This document shows, one piece after another, positions 28,866-41,877 of a DNA stretch of 64,000 bases. The translations under genes were made by a program, and so were the position numbers. Each line of letters begins with the position of its first letter. Position 1 is the first letter of the stretch. Location of the stretch: positions 38,005 through 102,004 of the IMG/VR virus record IMGVR_UViG_3300048592_000418; one strand, 5' to 3'. This DNA comes from a virus. The notes under the pieces were generated by a model. The model did not search any database, was not told where the DNA came from, and saw only the letters and a program-made list of their open reading frames with translations.

Positions 28866-30945
28866 ATGGAAACGCTCATCACTGAAGTCCTGAAAAGCGA
28901 AATCGCGACTTACGTCACCGCGACGTGCGACAAAACGACGGCGACGGTTGTGATCGACAAGCCGGCCGCAGCTTATCCCCGCGTTCAGGTGATTTGCCAA
29001 AACGCTTCGCATCGCGTTTGGCGCCGGTCCGGCCGGTTCTTCGCGAACACGGAAGAAGCGCTGAACGGTTACAAGTCCGGCGCGATGAAGGCGATCATCA
29101 TGGCCGCGGCCGGCGCCGCGTTGGCGTCCTGAACCCGGAGGATCCCACGATGCATCCGAAGATCGAATTCACGGTTCACCCGAACGCGCCGGTTGTGATC
29201 AACCGATACGTCGAACGCAACGGCCGGAGGACTTACAACCGGAACGCATGGCGCGCGAAGTATTCGAGCCGCGAGAACGCGCAATGGCTTTGTGACACGA
29301 TGAACCGGACGGCCGGCGACGGCGGAACGGTTTGGTATGTCGCAGGCGAGGGAACGCTTCGCGCTCCGCTCGGAAACACGCCGACGGCCGCGGCGCCCAC
29401 CACGGCGCCGGCCGGCGTCTGCGTCACCTACGCGAACGGCGCGCGCTCGTTCCATCCCGGCTTCAGCATGAAGGCCGGGCACGCGTTCGCGCGCTCCCGG
29501 TCCGACGTGTCCAGCGTCCGCGACTTCGAGATCCGCAACGGCCGGCGCGTGATCATCGCCTGAACATTCTCCACCATGGCAACGCTACTGAAAAAACCCG
29601 TTACGCGCGTCACGAATTCCGCGCTGGACGGATGTTTCGGAAAAGATCGGAATCGGCGGATCGTGATCACGCTGATTCCCGGAACGGACACCGTTCCCGA
29701 TTTGATTCAGCTCCGGCCGCACGGCACGCGCCGCGCGGAGTCCATCGCCGCGATTGACGTTTACCGCATCGCGATCACGCGCCGCGTGAACTGCGAGCGG
29801 CTGAAGAAGGCGAACGAGCGGAAGGAAAAGATCCGCGAGCGTCGCGCGCGCGCACGCATCGCCGCGGCCGATTATCGGATGAAGAAGCAGCTTCAGCGGG
29901 AGAACTCCGGCGCATGAAGAAGGCGAAGCGACGCTTCCCGCCGGGACTGGCAACGGATCCCGTCCACCCTCCGGAGCTGCGCGGCTGGACGCGCGAGCGG
30001 CGTCTGGACTGCTGGATTTACACGCGTGACGCCGGCGAAGTCATCATGCACTTCCCGAAGGGTGGAAAATGGAAGGCCGTCCGCGGGAACGCCGACGGCG
30101 TTGCGGTCGCGAGCGCGGAGGAAGCGGCGGCGCTGTTCGAGCCATGAACGCGAGAACGAGACGGCTTTTGACGGACGTTTCGCGGATGCTGTCCGCGGGA
30201 TTCATGACATGGGACGGAGAAGCGCGCGGCGTTGAAATCCCTGCAACGGAAGCGAAGCGCATGCTCCGCCGAGTGAACGCGGCGCTTCAGCGCGAGACGA
30301 AGCCGACGCCGGCGCCAGTGCCGAAGCGCGTGCGCATTTTTTCGCTAGGGCCGGAGCATTTGCCGGCGGATCCGGTCGGGGAATCTGTGCAATGAGCGCA
30401 AGCACGCAAAAGGCGATGGCCGGAACGCGGGCCGCAGTTGCCGCGACGCATGCGCGCTGCGCGGAAGCCGTGCGGCGGTTTGACGCGGCGAAGACTGGCG
30501 CCGATGTCGCGGCCGTGCTGACGTGGGCGCGCGGGCAAAGCTGGTTTTGGCGAAGCTCGGACGATGATCGGGCGATGCGGGAAGCGCACGCGCGAGCGCG
30601 CGAGCGGACAAAATGAAATCGCCGCGCATGCTCGAAATCGAAGCTCGCCGGAACGAGCTGACGGCCGCGGCGGACGCACGGCGCGAGCAAGCCGGGCCGG
30701 ACATGCGCGGACTTCTGCCGACGGCGCATGACTGGATGACGCCGGCGGAACGCTGGGAAGATCACGCGCTCGCGCTCGAAGCCGTCGCGCTCGAACGTGG
30801 ATGGTGGGGAATTCCGGCGGAGCGAATCGCGCTGAAACGGCAGCTCCGCGCGGCCGGCGCAACCTTCGAGCTGGACGCACCGATCCGCGTGCTCCGCGAA
30901 ATTCTCGACAATAGTGCTTGCGTCGGAACCAAACATGGTTCCTAA
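28866..30945 (+). other. Cassette D: small hypothetical ORFs 28866-29132, 29150-29563, 29576-29917, 29914-30147, 30144-30395, 30392-30616, 30613-30945
   Basis: Chain of tightly spaced or ATGA-coupled ORFs. Confidence 0.7.
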
Positions 30946-30949
30946 CTGT
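30908..30949 (+). promoter_or_regulatory. Repeated promoter-operator unit, copy E
   Basis: TTGCGT 30918, dyad 30925-30942, TAACTG. Confidence 0.85.
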
Positions 30950-30970
30950 TCGCGACGATACGAAACGAAC

Positions 30971-33900
30971 ATGAATATGACAACCGCTCCGCTGTCCGAA
31001 ACTCAGATTCAGCAACTCGAAGCGCGGGTTTCCGCGCTCTGCAATTCCGTGATGCACGCCGTTGCGGCCGGCATCCGGAACGCCAAGCGCAAGCCGCGCG
31101 ACTTGGATCAAGTCGTTGCCGTGATGCGCGAGGAACTGAAGGCGTTCATCTTCGGCGACAGCTACGCCGCGGAGCGCGAAGCCGTGCTGATGCGCAGCGT
31201 CGGCGACGGTTACATTGTGGGCAGCATCGCCGCGAGCTGCATCAGCCGGATCGAATTCGCCGAATGACACGGCGCCAGCAGCGCGCGATCCTCCGGTCGC
31301 TGGACGCGATCAATCAGGGGATCGCGCGCGGCGAGTATGCGCAGGAAGACTTTTCGCACATGGCACAACCGAAAAACATCCCGAAGGCGTCACCGGCTGA
31401 CGCGGAATTCATCCTGAAGAACCGCGACATCGGCGTGACGAAGATCGCCGAAAAGCTGACGCACCTGACGACGGATCAGATCCGCGGCGTGCTGAAGCGC
31501 GGCGGCGTTCCGAACCTGAAATTCAACCGGCACGCGGCGCGGCGCTTGCATGGCGCGCCGGGGCCGAAATTCACGAAGGAATGAACGCGGCCGAATTCCT
31601 CCCGGCGCCGGAGCCGAAGCGCGGCGTGATGTTCCTTCATCGGCGCATCATTTATCCGGACACGAAGACGCCGGCGAAAATGATCGTTACGGCCGTCCGC
31701 AAGGGCTGCGTTTATTATCGGTTTTTCGGCGGCGGCGGGCATGAGTTCGCCACCCGCGAGCGTTGGCCGCAGATCGCCGCAGCAATTCCCGAAGCATGAA
31801 AACCCTGATCATCCCTCCGGCGGAAACGAAGCTCGGCTTCGTCGTCTGCGAATGCAACTCGACAGGCGGAGCGCTCGAAGAAGTCGCGCGGAAAGACGCC
31901 GCGGCCGAAGCGCTGAATCTGGCGCGCCAGCTCGCCGCGATGGACGAGCACGTTCGCGTTTTCCATGAAATCGCGCTGACGGTTGACCCGTCGGACGTGC
32001 GCGCGACGGCGCCGCAATCGACGCAGCCGCGCGCGGACGCTCGCGACGTGCTGATTCGCCGTCTCGTGAACTGCGTCAATCGCGCGGGGATCGAAGTGCT
32101 CGCCGAGCGGATGCCGTCGCTGATCGAAATCACCGAAGCACTGATCGAAGCGAAGGCGCTCGGATACACGCCAGACGGCGCGGCTCCGGCGATCAAATAT
32201 CCGGACACGCCGGCCGGTCGCGAGCTGCGTTCGCTTCACGAACGCCAGCGTGCCGAATTGCGGCGGATTCAGGACGCGGAGCGCGCGAACTTCCGATGAC
32301 ACGCACGCAGGACAAGGATCGCGAGGCGTCGGAATCGTTTCGGCTGCATCACGACGCGCTGATCGCGACGATTCAGACGGAGTTCCCGCCGGGCCGGCGC
32401 GTGAAGTGGCGAACGTATGCGCGCGGCGGAAAAGGCGTTCATTGGCATCACGGCCGCGTTGAAGAGACGGCGCGCTTCGGAACGAGCGTTCGAGTCCGCA
32501 ACACGAAGACGCAGACCGTTCAGGACAAGGAAGCGAAGGATCTCGAACTGGACGAGCCGATCACCGCTCCGCCGGACCCGCTGACGCCGGAAATCGACGC
32601 GGCCGGATATTCGCTCGGCGATTTGCATACGGCATTGATCACCGGCCGGCTTTCGCTTCCGCTCTGGATTCGCTCCGGCCGGTCGCGACATCGCGTCACA
32701 CTCGAAACCCGTGACGCGTTTTGCCGCGGTTTGCTGCTGGCGCTCGAAATGAATTCACCATGAACGACGAAGCGATCACGAACCCGAAACTGAACACGCT
32801 GACCGGATTCCGGACGGAAAACATCGGCGCGCCGGATGAAAACACGCGCGCGCTTGTCGTGCAATTCGACGGCGGCGGCATTTCGATCACCGTCTCGAAG
32901 GGCGATCAGATCCCGCGCGTCGTCCAGCAGTTCGAGCTTGTCGCAGCGCACCTTCGCGCGATCTACCTCGGCGAAAAGCAATTCAGCGATCAGCCGGCGA
33001 CGCTGGCGCCGCACGAAACGACGCTGGAAGAGCTGAAGCGGCGAATCACCTATTGCGTCCGACAGCTCGCCGCTGCGCGTTGCGTCATGAGCGTCGCGCA
33101 GCTTCAGGACGAAGTTCAGCGCGTGCTAACGCAGGCGGAGCTTTGCGCGCATGACGTGGAATTCCTGATCGCGGGGATGAAGCGATGAACACGGCGTTCC
33201 GCGGGAACCTTGTCGCGCTCGGCACGCCGACGGGAGAGACGCAGCCGCGCGCGCTGATTCATTGCACGCAGCAGGAAATTCAATCGCTGAAGTTCCTCGC
33301 GCTCGGCGCCGTGATCGTGGTGGGCGAATCCGAGCTGAAGAACACGCTCGCCGAGCTGGAACGCCGGCTGAAATACATCGCGGACACGCTGATCACGACG
33401 CCGGAGCCGAAGCAGGACGTGATCGAAAAACTCTGTCACAACGTCGGGCTGTGCGTGCATGACGTGCTTTTCCTGAAGGGCGAAAAATGAAACCCGACGA
33501 ACCGAAGAAACCGGAGCCGGCGCCGATGGACGGGATCCGCGTTGGCGCGCACCTGATCAGCATGAAGCAGATCCGCGAATCGCTCGCGGCCGAAGAAATG
33601 CGAACGCGCGGATGCACCTACGATCACGCGATGAAAATTCTCGGCATTGGATCGGCCGCGGTTCAGATCCGCGCATACCGGATGCTGAAGAAGCTCCCCG
33701 AAAAATGATTCACGAAGGCACAGTGAACGGCGAGCCGGCGCTGATTGAAAACGAACAGGGCCGCGGCGGGGACGCGACACGCGTCGCGATCATTCCGCGG
33801 GAACATAGTTTGCGACGCACTGGGGACGGTCAGATCGTCGGCGTGATTGACAGGACCGGCCGGACGCCGAAGCGCTTCGATCCCGTCTGGCGCGAAGTCA

Positions 33901-34207
33901 CGCTGAACGACAGGATCCAGATCGTGAAGCAGAGCTGGAATCAATCGTCATGGCTGTGACGCGCTACCGGAACCCATGGCACCGGCCGGAGGATAGGAAC
34001 AGCGGGCCGGAGTATTACGAGACGGACGCACGGCCGCGCATGGTGGCGGGGCTGGCGATTTACAAGCGCTTGCCGAACTGCTGGGACATCGTGCGGGACG
34101 GCGTTTGCATTTGCCAGCGTGCCGGGCCGAAGGGCGCGAAGGAAGCAGCCGAGCGGCTGGGGAACTCTCGGAAACTGAAGCGAAAAACGGCGCCGAAAGA
34201 TTTTTGA
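30971..34207 (+). other. Cassette E: ORFs 30971-31267, 31264-31584, 31581-31799, 31796-32299, 32296-32763, 32760-33188, 33185-33490, 33487-33708, 33705-33959, 33950-34207
   Basis: Nearly continuous ATGA-coupled chain. Confidence 0.72.
33487..33708 (+). CDS. Small sigma70 region-4-like HTH protein
   Basis: GCTYDHAMKILGIGSAAVQIRAYRMLKKL resembles G.SY.EIA..LGIS..AV..R..R..KKL. Confidence 0.5.
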   Translation: MKPDEPKKPEPAPMDGIRVGAHLISMKQIRESLAAEEMRTRGCTYDHAMKILGIGSAAVQIRAYRMLKKLPEK

Positions 34208-34247
34208 AAATAGATCTTGCGCGGGAACCATGTTTGGTTCCTAGTCC
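34206..34247 (+). promoter_or_regulatory. Repeated promoter-operator unit, copy F (core inverted)
   Basis: TTGCGC 34217, GGAACC-ATGTTT-GGTTCC 34224-34241, TAGTCC. Confidence 0.85.
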
Positions 34248-34252
34248 GTGAC

Positions 34253-36447
34253 ATGGAAACGAACACGATGACGAACGCGGCGAAAACGACGGTGCAAAAT
34301 TTCTGGCCTGAAATGGGCCGAGCGAATCCGAACGCTCAATGCGAGATCCGGAGCGGCTTCGAGAAAATGACGGTCTGGACGCGTAAGACGTTCCCGGCGA
34401 TGCGCGGCGTGAAGCTCGTTCGCGTGCTGCAATCCGCGGATCTCGTTCCGCAGTCGCAGCGCCGGATCGGAACCAACGAATACACCGTGACGGCCGCGGC
34501 GCTCGAAGTGCTCCGCTCGAAGGGTTTCACGTTCCAGCGCGAATGCCTGCTGGACTGAGGCACGGGCGACAATTTCAACCACGAAACGAATACGAACATG
34601 AATCACGCGAATCCCCATCAGGAAAAAGCGATGTCGCCGGATCAGGCGGCATTTTTCAAAAAGCACGGCTTCGAGCGCGGACCGGCCGGCGGCGTCGTGC
34701 TGCGCACGTGCCAGATCGCCGTTTACGTTGTCGAAAGCCGCGGTGACATCCGCAGCAGCTTCGGCGTTTACGTGCGGCACGGCGAAGCGGCCGGCGCGTT
34801 CTGGCGCGACGTTGAACCCATCGTTCGGAAGGACTCACTCGCCGAAGCGATCAACGTCGGCGCCGGCATCCTCGGGATCGTCGGATGCGAGCGCTTCGTG
34901 AAGGTGATCACCGCGGACGGTTCCAGCCTGTCGGGCTGGCGCGTTGACGAGACGGAAACGAATCCGCTGAAGGGCGAGCCGGTGACGCGCTCGCCGAAAT
35001 CGAACACCGTTCCAGTTCGCGAAGTCCCCGTGAAGCTCGCCGCGCTCCGTGAATTGCACGCGGCCGGCAAGGGCGCCGATTATTACGATCTGGCGCACGC
35101 GCTGCATAACACCGCGGACAAGCTGACGCGCGAGCACACGGCGTTCAGCGGCATCGAAGACATGGTGGCGAGCGCTGCGGATCATGGTTACAAGCCGAGC
35201 GTCCAGACGAGCAAGCATCCGAGCCGGACCGCGCTCGCGGATCTGTTCGATGCGATTTGCGAACTGCGCGGCATCGCGTCGCGGGCGTATCGTTACTGAC
35301 CAATGCCGCAAGAACTCGCATCAATGACGCTCGCGCAGCTTCGCGAGGAACACGATCACGGCCGCGGCGGACTGAAGATCTACGCGGAAACCGCGTGGGG
35401 ATGGTCCGAGCTGAAAGTTGCGCCGTTCCTGAAGCAGCTCGAACGTGACGACGGCAGCGAAGATCTCCCTGTCGTGCTGGCGATCATGACGATTCGTCGC
35501 GGCGGTTCCGCCACCCTGAAGATTCCACGCCGCGCATGATCATCCCGGAAGAAATGGACGCGAAAGCAGTCCGCGCGATCAACGCGGCCGGCGAGTGCAA
35601 TTTCTCCGGCTGGATCGTTGACCGTGCTCGAATCCGGGAAGGCGTGTTTGAAGTAAGGATTCGCGAAATGCCTTGGCACAAAGAAAAGGAATGGATGGGA
35701 GTGCGAGGCTGGATCAGAGCGCTGTATGCGCCGGAAGATTTTGCGGACGCGCTGCGCGGAGCATTCACCAAAGACGGGGACCGATTCGACGTTTGGGCAC
35801 CGCAAAAACCATGAACGAGCAATCCGAGCTTCCGCTGGAACGTTGGCTTAACTCCGGCCGTGACAGGCCGAAGGATCTCACGATCCGGCATTGGCTGGAT
35901 CTGCTGGCGCTGATCGTTCACGGCGCCGGCGTCAGGTTTACGGAAGGCGACATGCTGGCGGATTTGCACGCGTCCGTTCCGTCCGCGAAGGGGATCACTC
36001 GTCTTGCCGATTTGGACTCCGTAACGGCGACGCATTGGCGCTGGCACTGGGAAATGAAGCGGCCGGACATCGCGCGGGAAGTCGAACGGAGACGGGAGGA
36101 AAAAAAGAATGAACTTCACGACTGAAACCGCACTGCGCGAGCTGTCGCCGGAAGCCGCGGACGCCGAAGCGGCGAAGTTCTTCCCGCTCTCCGATGCTGA
36201 AAAAGACGACGTGCGGCGCCGGGCCGCGCTGAACCTGTGCCGGAAAATGGATCGGTGCATCGCGTCGTTCATTCTCGGCGAGTCCAGCAAGCGCGACGTG
36301 AACCGATGGCTGAAGGAAGAGATCGAACAGCTCACGCGCTGGCAGCAGGCGGAGAAATGGCGCGCCGCAGCCTGTGCGACGTTCGACAATCACCGGCACG
36401 CATACATTGCGAACCGGCGGCTGATTCGGGCGCCGAAAAATTCCTGA
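34253..36447 (+). other. Cassette F: ORFs 34253-34558, 34598-35299, 35303-35539, 35536-35814, 35811-36125, 36109-36447
   Basis: Tightly spaced + strand ORFs. Confidence 0.7.
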
Positions 36448-36487
36448 AAATAGATCTTGCAAAGGAACCAAACATGGTTCCCAGTGT
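36446..36487 (+). promoter_or_regulatory. Repeated promoter-operator unit, copy G
   Basis: TTGCAA 36457, dyad 36464-36481, CAGTGT, ATG 7 nt later. Confidence 0.88.
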
Positions 36488-36494
36488 TGGAACG

Positions 36495-39431
36495 ATGACG
36501 ACAACGAACACGATTTCAGAGCTGATCAAACAGGCGAACGCGCTCGGCGCCGACGCCTTCGCGACGGGCGGCAAGCGCGCACCGGCCGCGAGCGTGAAGT
36601 TTGACGGGCTGATGAAGGCGAACCGCGAGCTGTTCAACGCGAACGCGCTCGCCGTGCTGGATGCCTTTTTGAATGGATGGGACGCCGCGAATCTGGCGAA
36701 CCCGGTTCCTTCGGAGCTGATGGCGCGGGCGACGGATGCGCACAGCCAAACCCGCCGCGAAAAGAACCGCGTGACGCTGACGGCCGCGTTCCGGGCCGGT
36801 TTCACGCACTGCGCGATCCTCGGCGAGTATTACCATTTTTTCCGCAGCGAATCCGATCTGAACGAGTTCCTGAAGCTCCCGAACGTCGTGAAGGCGGATC
36901 CCGTCAACGGCGCGCTTCGCGTTGATCACTCGAACAATCTCGCTTTTTTCGACTGATGAACGCCGCGATTATTCCCCCGGACGTAGCGGCATACCTGATC
37001 GCCGCGGCTCGCGAGCTGATGGCTGAACAGCAGTTCGAGCCGAACGCCGAGCGCGATCTGAAAACTTGGCTGCAATGCGAGCGCGTCAGGATTTGCGAGC
37101 GCGCGCTGGAAAAAATGCACGGGCTGATCGAGTCCGTTCTATGCCACCCGGAGCGGAAGCGCGCTGTCTGCGAGCATATCGGCGCGCAGGTTTGGCAACG
37201 GCTGCGGGACACGATCCCCGCGGACGCTCCGCAGCGGTTCCAGCCGCGTTTCGTGGCGTATGCCGCGAGTCAGGGGATGACGCCGGCCGAAGTGCTGAAG
37301 CGTGACGTGAACATGACGAATTTCATTTGCTGGGCACACTCTAACCCGTCGAAACGATGAATCACACGAACCTGATGGATCTCGAACTCGTGAATCCCCG
37401 CCGGCCGGGGAAAGCGATCTATGTCGAAACCAAAGTTCTCGGCGGAAAACTGTTTTTCATCTTCGAGCGCATGCGCTGGGATGACACAACGCAGGACAAC
37501 GTTTCGGAATCGACGCATCAGATCGCGCCGGCGGACTTCACGAAGCGCTGGCGCGTGCTCGAACGTGCGGGCTGGCGCGTCAGCGTGCCGAAGAAGGCGC
37601 CGGAAGTCGTGCGCGGCCGTTACGTCGCGCCGTCGCACTGCGATTGCCACCCGCTCCCGAAAACCGTCGGCAAACCGCTGAAGCTATGATGACGACGATC
37701 TTCGTCACCCTGTTAATTCTCGCGCTCTTTTGCCTGTTTGGATTTTGGATCCTAGTTTGGGCGGCGAAGATCATCGGCTTCACGATTGGCCTATTCATTT
37801 CCCTGTTCAGAGATCTATTCACGAAACGAAAATGAGAATCCCGTTCACGCTCGCCGAAAACGGCTATCGCATCGATCCGGAGAATCCATCCGGCGCGCTT
37901 CATCAGCACGCGCGGACATCCGTTCTATCCCGTCGCCTATGGTGGCGATCAGCATCGCAACGCCGGCGAGCACGTGAAGGACATGCTCGAAGCTGCGCAC
38001 GCGGCCGGGCTGGACGCCGGCAAGGCTTACGGCGTCGGCTTCGCTGCGGCCGAAATCATTCGCCAGTCCGGCGACGTGGAAAGCGCGCGCGGACTGCTGC
38101 GCGTCTGGACGTGCGAGGCTTCGCGAGCCGATCCGGAAGATCTGAAAGTGCTTCGCGAGCACAAGCTGATCCCGTGAAGCGCACCGTTCACAAGCTCCGC
38201 GAGTTCGCCGCGCTCCCGGAGTTCGAGGGGACGCAGACGGCCGCGCTGATGATCGCTGCGGCGGATGAACTGGACGCCGAGCGCGCGAAGGCCGCGAAGG
38301 TTTCCCGCTGGATCCTGCGCGAGCGCGCACGGCTGACAGTCGGCGAGACGGACGAACAGCGCGCGGAGAAAATGCGTTCCCCGCTCCCGGTCCGGCTTTG
38401 GATGATCGCCGGAGAGCTGACGGACGATCTGACGGCGCGCATCGCGTCGGACGAAATATGCAACGAACAGCGTCGAAAATTAGGGGTGCCGGCCGCTCCG
38501 CCGGACCCGATGATCGCGCTACTCCATGGAACCCCGCGATGACAGCAACCGATCAAATGCTCTGGCTCAACGGCGAGCCGTATTCGAGCGCGAAGCGATT
38601 CGGCTTCGCTGACGGAGGCGTTTTCATCGCGGAACTCGTTCCGCCCATCGCCAGCGACGGCGAGACAGTCACGGTTTCCCTCACGCTCTCGAAGCGTGAA
38701 ACCCGCGAGCGCATCGGCGGCACGGCCGCGCGTGCGACGCTGGACGCTCCGCACCGGCTGACGATCTTCGATGACTTCGGCACGCCGCACGAAGTTGCCG
38801 GCGAAACCGGGTTCATCGCGCGCTTGTCGGACGAGCTGCGCGCGCAAGGCTTGGTCGGACCGGAGCGCGCGATCCATCGCTTCGGCGACTATCGCACGGA
38901 ACTGAAATACGTTCCGGGGCCGGGCGCTGAAATTTTCCGCATCATTTCCAGCAAGACGGTGGGACCGTGGGCACGCTCGAAGGCGCTTGCTTGGAAAGGA
39001 TACAAGCGCAAGCGTAAGGGACAGCCGATGCCGCACGAAGAACTGATGCGGCGTCAGCTTGCTCCCGTATGAAAACGAAAACGAAAAATCCCACAATGGC
39101 GCGCGTCGAACGGCGCGTGACTGAACTTGCGCACCGGCGGGACATCGCTGTCCCGCCGCGTTCGCTCCCGAAGATGAAAGGGCCGATCACAAGCCGGTTT
39201 TGGGCTTGGCCGAATCACCTGAATGAAGGCCGGATCGTCTATCTCGATCACAAACGCGTCAGCAAAGGCCGCGAGCGCGTCGCGCTCGTTCGCATCAGGA
39301 ACCCGGCGCGAGTGATTGCACGCGGCGCCGCGGCGCTCCGCCGGCGCGGATACGCGACGAAGGCGAACGCGGACACGATTGCGCGCGCAGTGCTCGAAGG
39401 CGTCGGCGTGCTCTGGCGTCCGCGCGAGTAA
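36495..39431 (+). other. Cassette G: ORFs 36495-36956, 36956-37360, 37357-37689, 37686-37835 (TM), 37832-38177 (frameshifted), 38174-38542, 38539-39072, 39069-39431
   Basis: ATGA/GTGA/TGATG-coupled chain. Confidence 0.7.
37832..38177 (+). pseudogene. Hypothetical gene with apparent +1 frameshift near 37886
   Basis: Removing one C from AATCCATCCG joins MRIPF...DPEN to HPARF...KLIP; 4-bp overlaps at both ends. Confidence 0.5.
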
Positions 39432-39437
39432 GGCGCG

Positions 39438-39479
39438 AAAAAAAGTGCTTGCACTGGGAACCAAAAAGGGTTCCAGTGC
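39438..39479 (+). promoter_or_regulatory. Repeated promoter-operator unit, copy H (divergent)
   Basis: TTGCAC 39449, GGAACC-AAAAAG-GGTTCC 39457-39474; dyad extends to GCACTGG...CCAGTGC. Confidence 0.82.
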
Positions 39480-39486
39480 TCGCACG

Positions 39487-41789
39487 ATGACGAACACGAA
39501 AACACCCGAAGCGCTGGCAACGTTGCCGAATGCGCGCCTAATGCGCCGGCATGATGCCGTTTTATCTGTCTGGCGGAATACGAAATCCGCGAACACCGCT
39601 CGCCGTTGCGAGTGCCGCCTTTCTGTGATTCGCACTGCGGCGCAACTTCAGGACTTCAGCCGATGAACGCCGCGACGATGAAGATCACGCGGATCATCCG
39701 GATCGAAGATACGCGCCAGTATGAAGAAGGGCCGGATGATCGTTGGTATCCCATTCCCGGTTCAGGCGTCGAAAATCAGTGTGCGCGCTGCGGCCGGATG
39801 CATGAAGTTCACGCGCTCGTCGAACTCGAAGACAATACGTCCGCCGTGGTGGGAACCGGCTGCGCTCGCGGCGACGATTTGATCAAGTGCGCGCAGTTCG
39901 CCAGCGCTGCGAATGCGGCGAAGCGGCTGCGGGGACTCCGCGCGAAGTTGGCGAAGGCGGAAGCGAACGCCGCGATCTACTCCGAAGCGCTCCGCGTGGT
40001 GGACGCACTGACTCCGCCGGCCGCGGTCTGGACGAAGGCGCCGAACAAATGCAGCGCGGGCGATCATCACGTGATCGCCGTCGGCGAGGGGAAGGCGTAT
40101 TCGTATCAGCCGGGCGAACTTTCTCCGTCGGATCGGCGCGAGCGTGAAGACTGCGCGCGCAACGGGTGGAGAGCGGCGCGCATGACGGAAGCGCTCCCGG
40201 CCGGCTTCAAAGGCGCCGCGTGCGGTTACTCGTTCAAATACGAAGCCGAGCGGCTGAAGCAGGACATCGCCAAAGTTGAAAAGCGACTTGCCGCGCTGAT
40301 GGCGCCGGCCGTTGCGGTCTGAATTTATGTCCCCTGACGAAATCCGCGCGGCAATCGCGCAAGTGAAGGAACATCCGGCGGCGCTTTACGAGTTCCGCAA
40401 AACGTGCGCGATGCACAACCTCGCGGCTATGCTCGCGGGGAATTACGCGAACCCGTCGGACGGCTGCGGATCGCTGTCCGAGAAATCGGCAGCGCGGGCC
40501 GTGAAGCACGCGGACGACTTGATCGCCGCGCTCGGCTTGCAACTCGAACCGCCGGCCGCGGAAGCGGCATCGGAGGAACCGCCACCCGTTATCACGCCGA
40601 AGGAATGGCGCGATCCGCGTGAAATCGTCGTTTGGGACGAAGCGAAAGCGCTGCAATGGGGCGAGCGCGGGAAGAATGGCGAAGTTTACGCGACGGACAT
40701 CGATCAGCAGGTTCGCGCCGCAATCATTCGCCAGATCGAATCCGGCGAAGACAGCGGCAGCGTTGACGTTCTCGGCATCCTTTACCGCTTCAGCTTCACG
40801 CCATGATCCCCGCATACATCCGAGTTTTCATCCTGCGTCCCGGCGAGCTGATGGACGCCAGCAAGCGGCCGGCGGACGAACCGCGGCCGAACGAGATCAC
40901 AATGATCGGCGATCATGAACACGACGGCTTCGCGATGGTGGAGAGCGACGGCCGCGCGATCTACTCCGTCGAACGCGGAATTCGGCTGAAGGACGAATGG
41001 AAGGGGAAGGCGCGCGTGACGGCGCTCGAACAGATCCAGATCGATCTTTTCGGCCGGCTCGCGGAAACGCTGCTGTGCATCGAATCCGTGACGGAGCTTC
41101 CGGACGCGGCGCTTTTGCACGCGGACGGATCGGATCCGTTTTGGCTTCACAGCACGCTTTCGGAATGCGGCTGGGACTTGCTGTCCGATGCCGATCTTCA
41201 GGCGATTCACGAAGACGCGGCGAAGCTGATCGCGCATGAAGCCGCGCAAGCGCTCGAACGCGCCGGCCGCGCTCCCGATGAAATGCGCGCGCGAATCGAC
41301 GCGCAAACGAACATCACCGTTTCATGGCCGTGCTTCTTTACCGTTGAAACGTCGCGCGACTGGGAAACGAGTCACACGGACATCGAAGCGATCAACTACG
41401 CCGGCGCCGCGACACTCGTGAACGCTGACATCGCTGGACAGCTCGCCGCGGCCGAAATCGCGCACAAGGCCGTTGCGCACACGCTCGGCGCAATCTGCGA
41501 CGATCCGCGGAAGTTTTACCTGATGGGACCGCTGACCGGCTCGCGCGAAACGCTGCTGAAGGCATGGGCCGCGAAGCACGGGAAGACGGAAGACGAAGCG
41601 GATGAATTCTGGCAGGTTCATGATCGCGAGCGATACAAGCGGCATTGCTCGGAAATCGAACTGTGCGAACAACTGCTTCAGGCGTATCGTGACGGCCGGA
41701 TCGGCATGCCGGAACACGAAGCGCGCGCCGTCGGCTTCAGCGAAGAAGCGGCGGCACGACTCGCCGCGGTTCACGAAAAAAGGCGCTGA
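39487..41789 (+). other. Cassette H: ORFs 39487-39666, 39663-40322 (CxxC), 40327-40806, 40803-41789
   Basis: Coupled ORFs after the promoter. Confidence 0.7.
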
Positions 41790-41831
41790 ACCCATGTCGA
41801 AACGGCGGAAATCCGGGACTGCATTTTCCCG

Positions 41832-41873
41832 AAAAAAAGTGCTTGCAAAGGAACCAAACATGGTTCCTAGTGC
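41832..41873 (+). promoter_or_regulatory. Repeated promoter-operator unit, copy I
   Basis: TTGCAA 41843, dyad 41850-41867, TAGTGC. Confidence 0.88.
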
Positions 41874-41877
41874 TCGC

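Noticed and set aside
19340-41873. Palindromic repeats as a CRISPR array
   Set aside because: Copies are 0.65-7 kb apart and separated by whole genes; no cas genes
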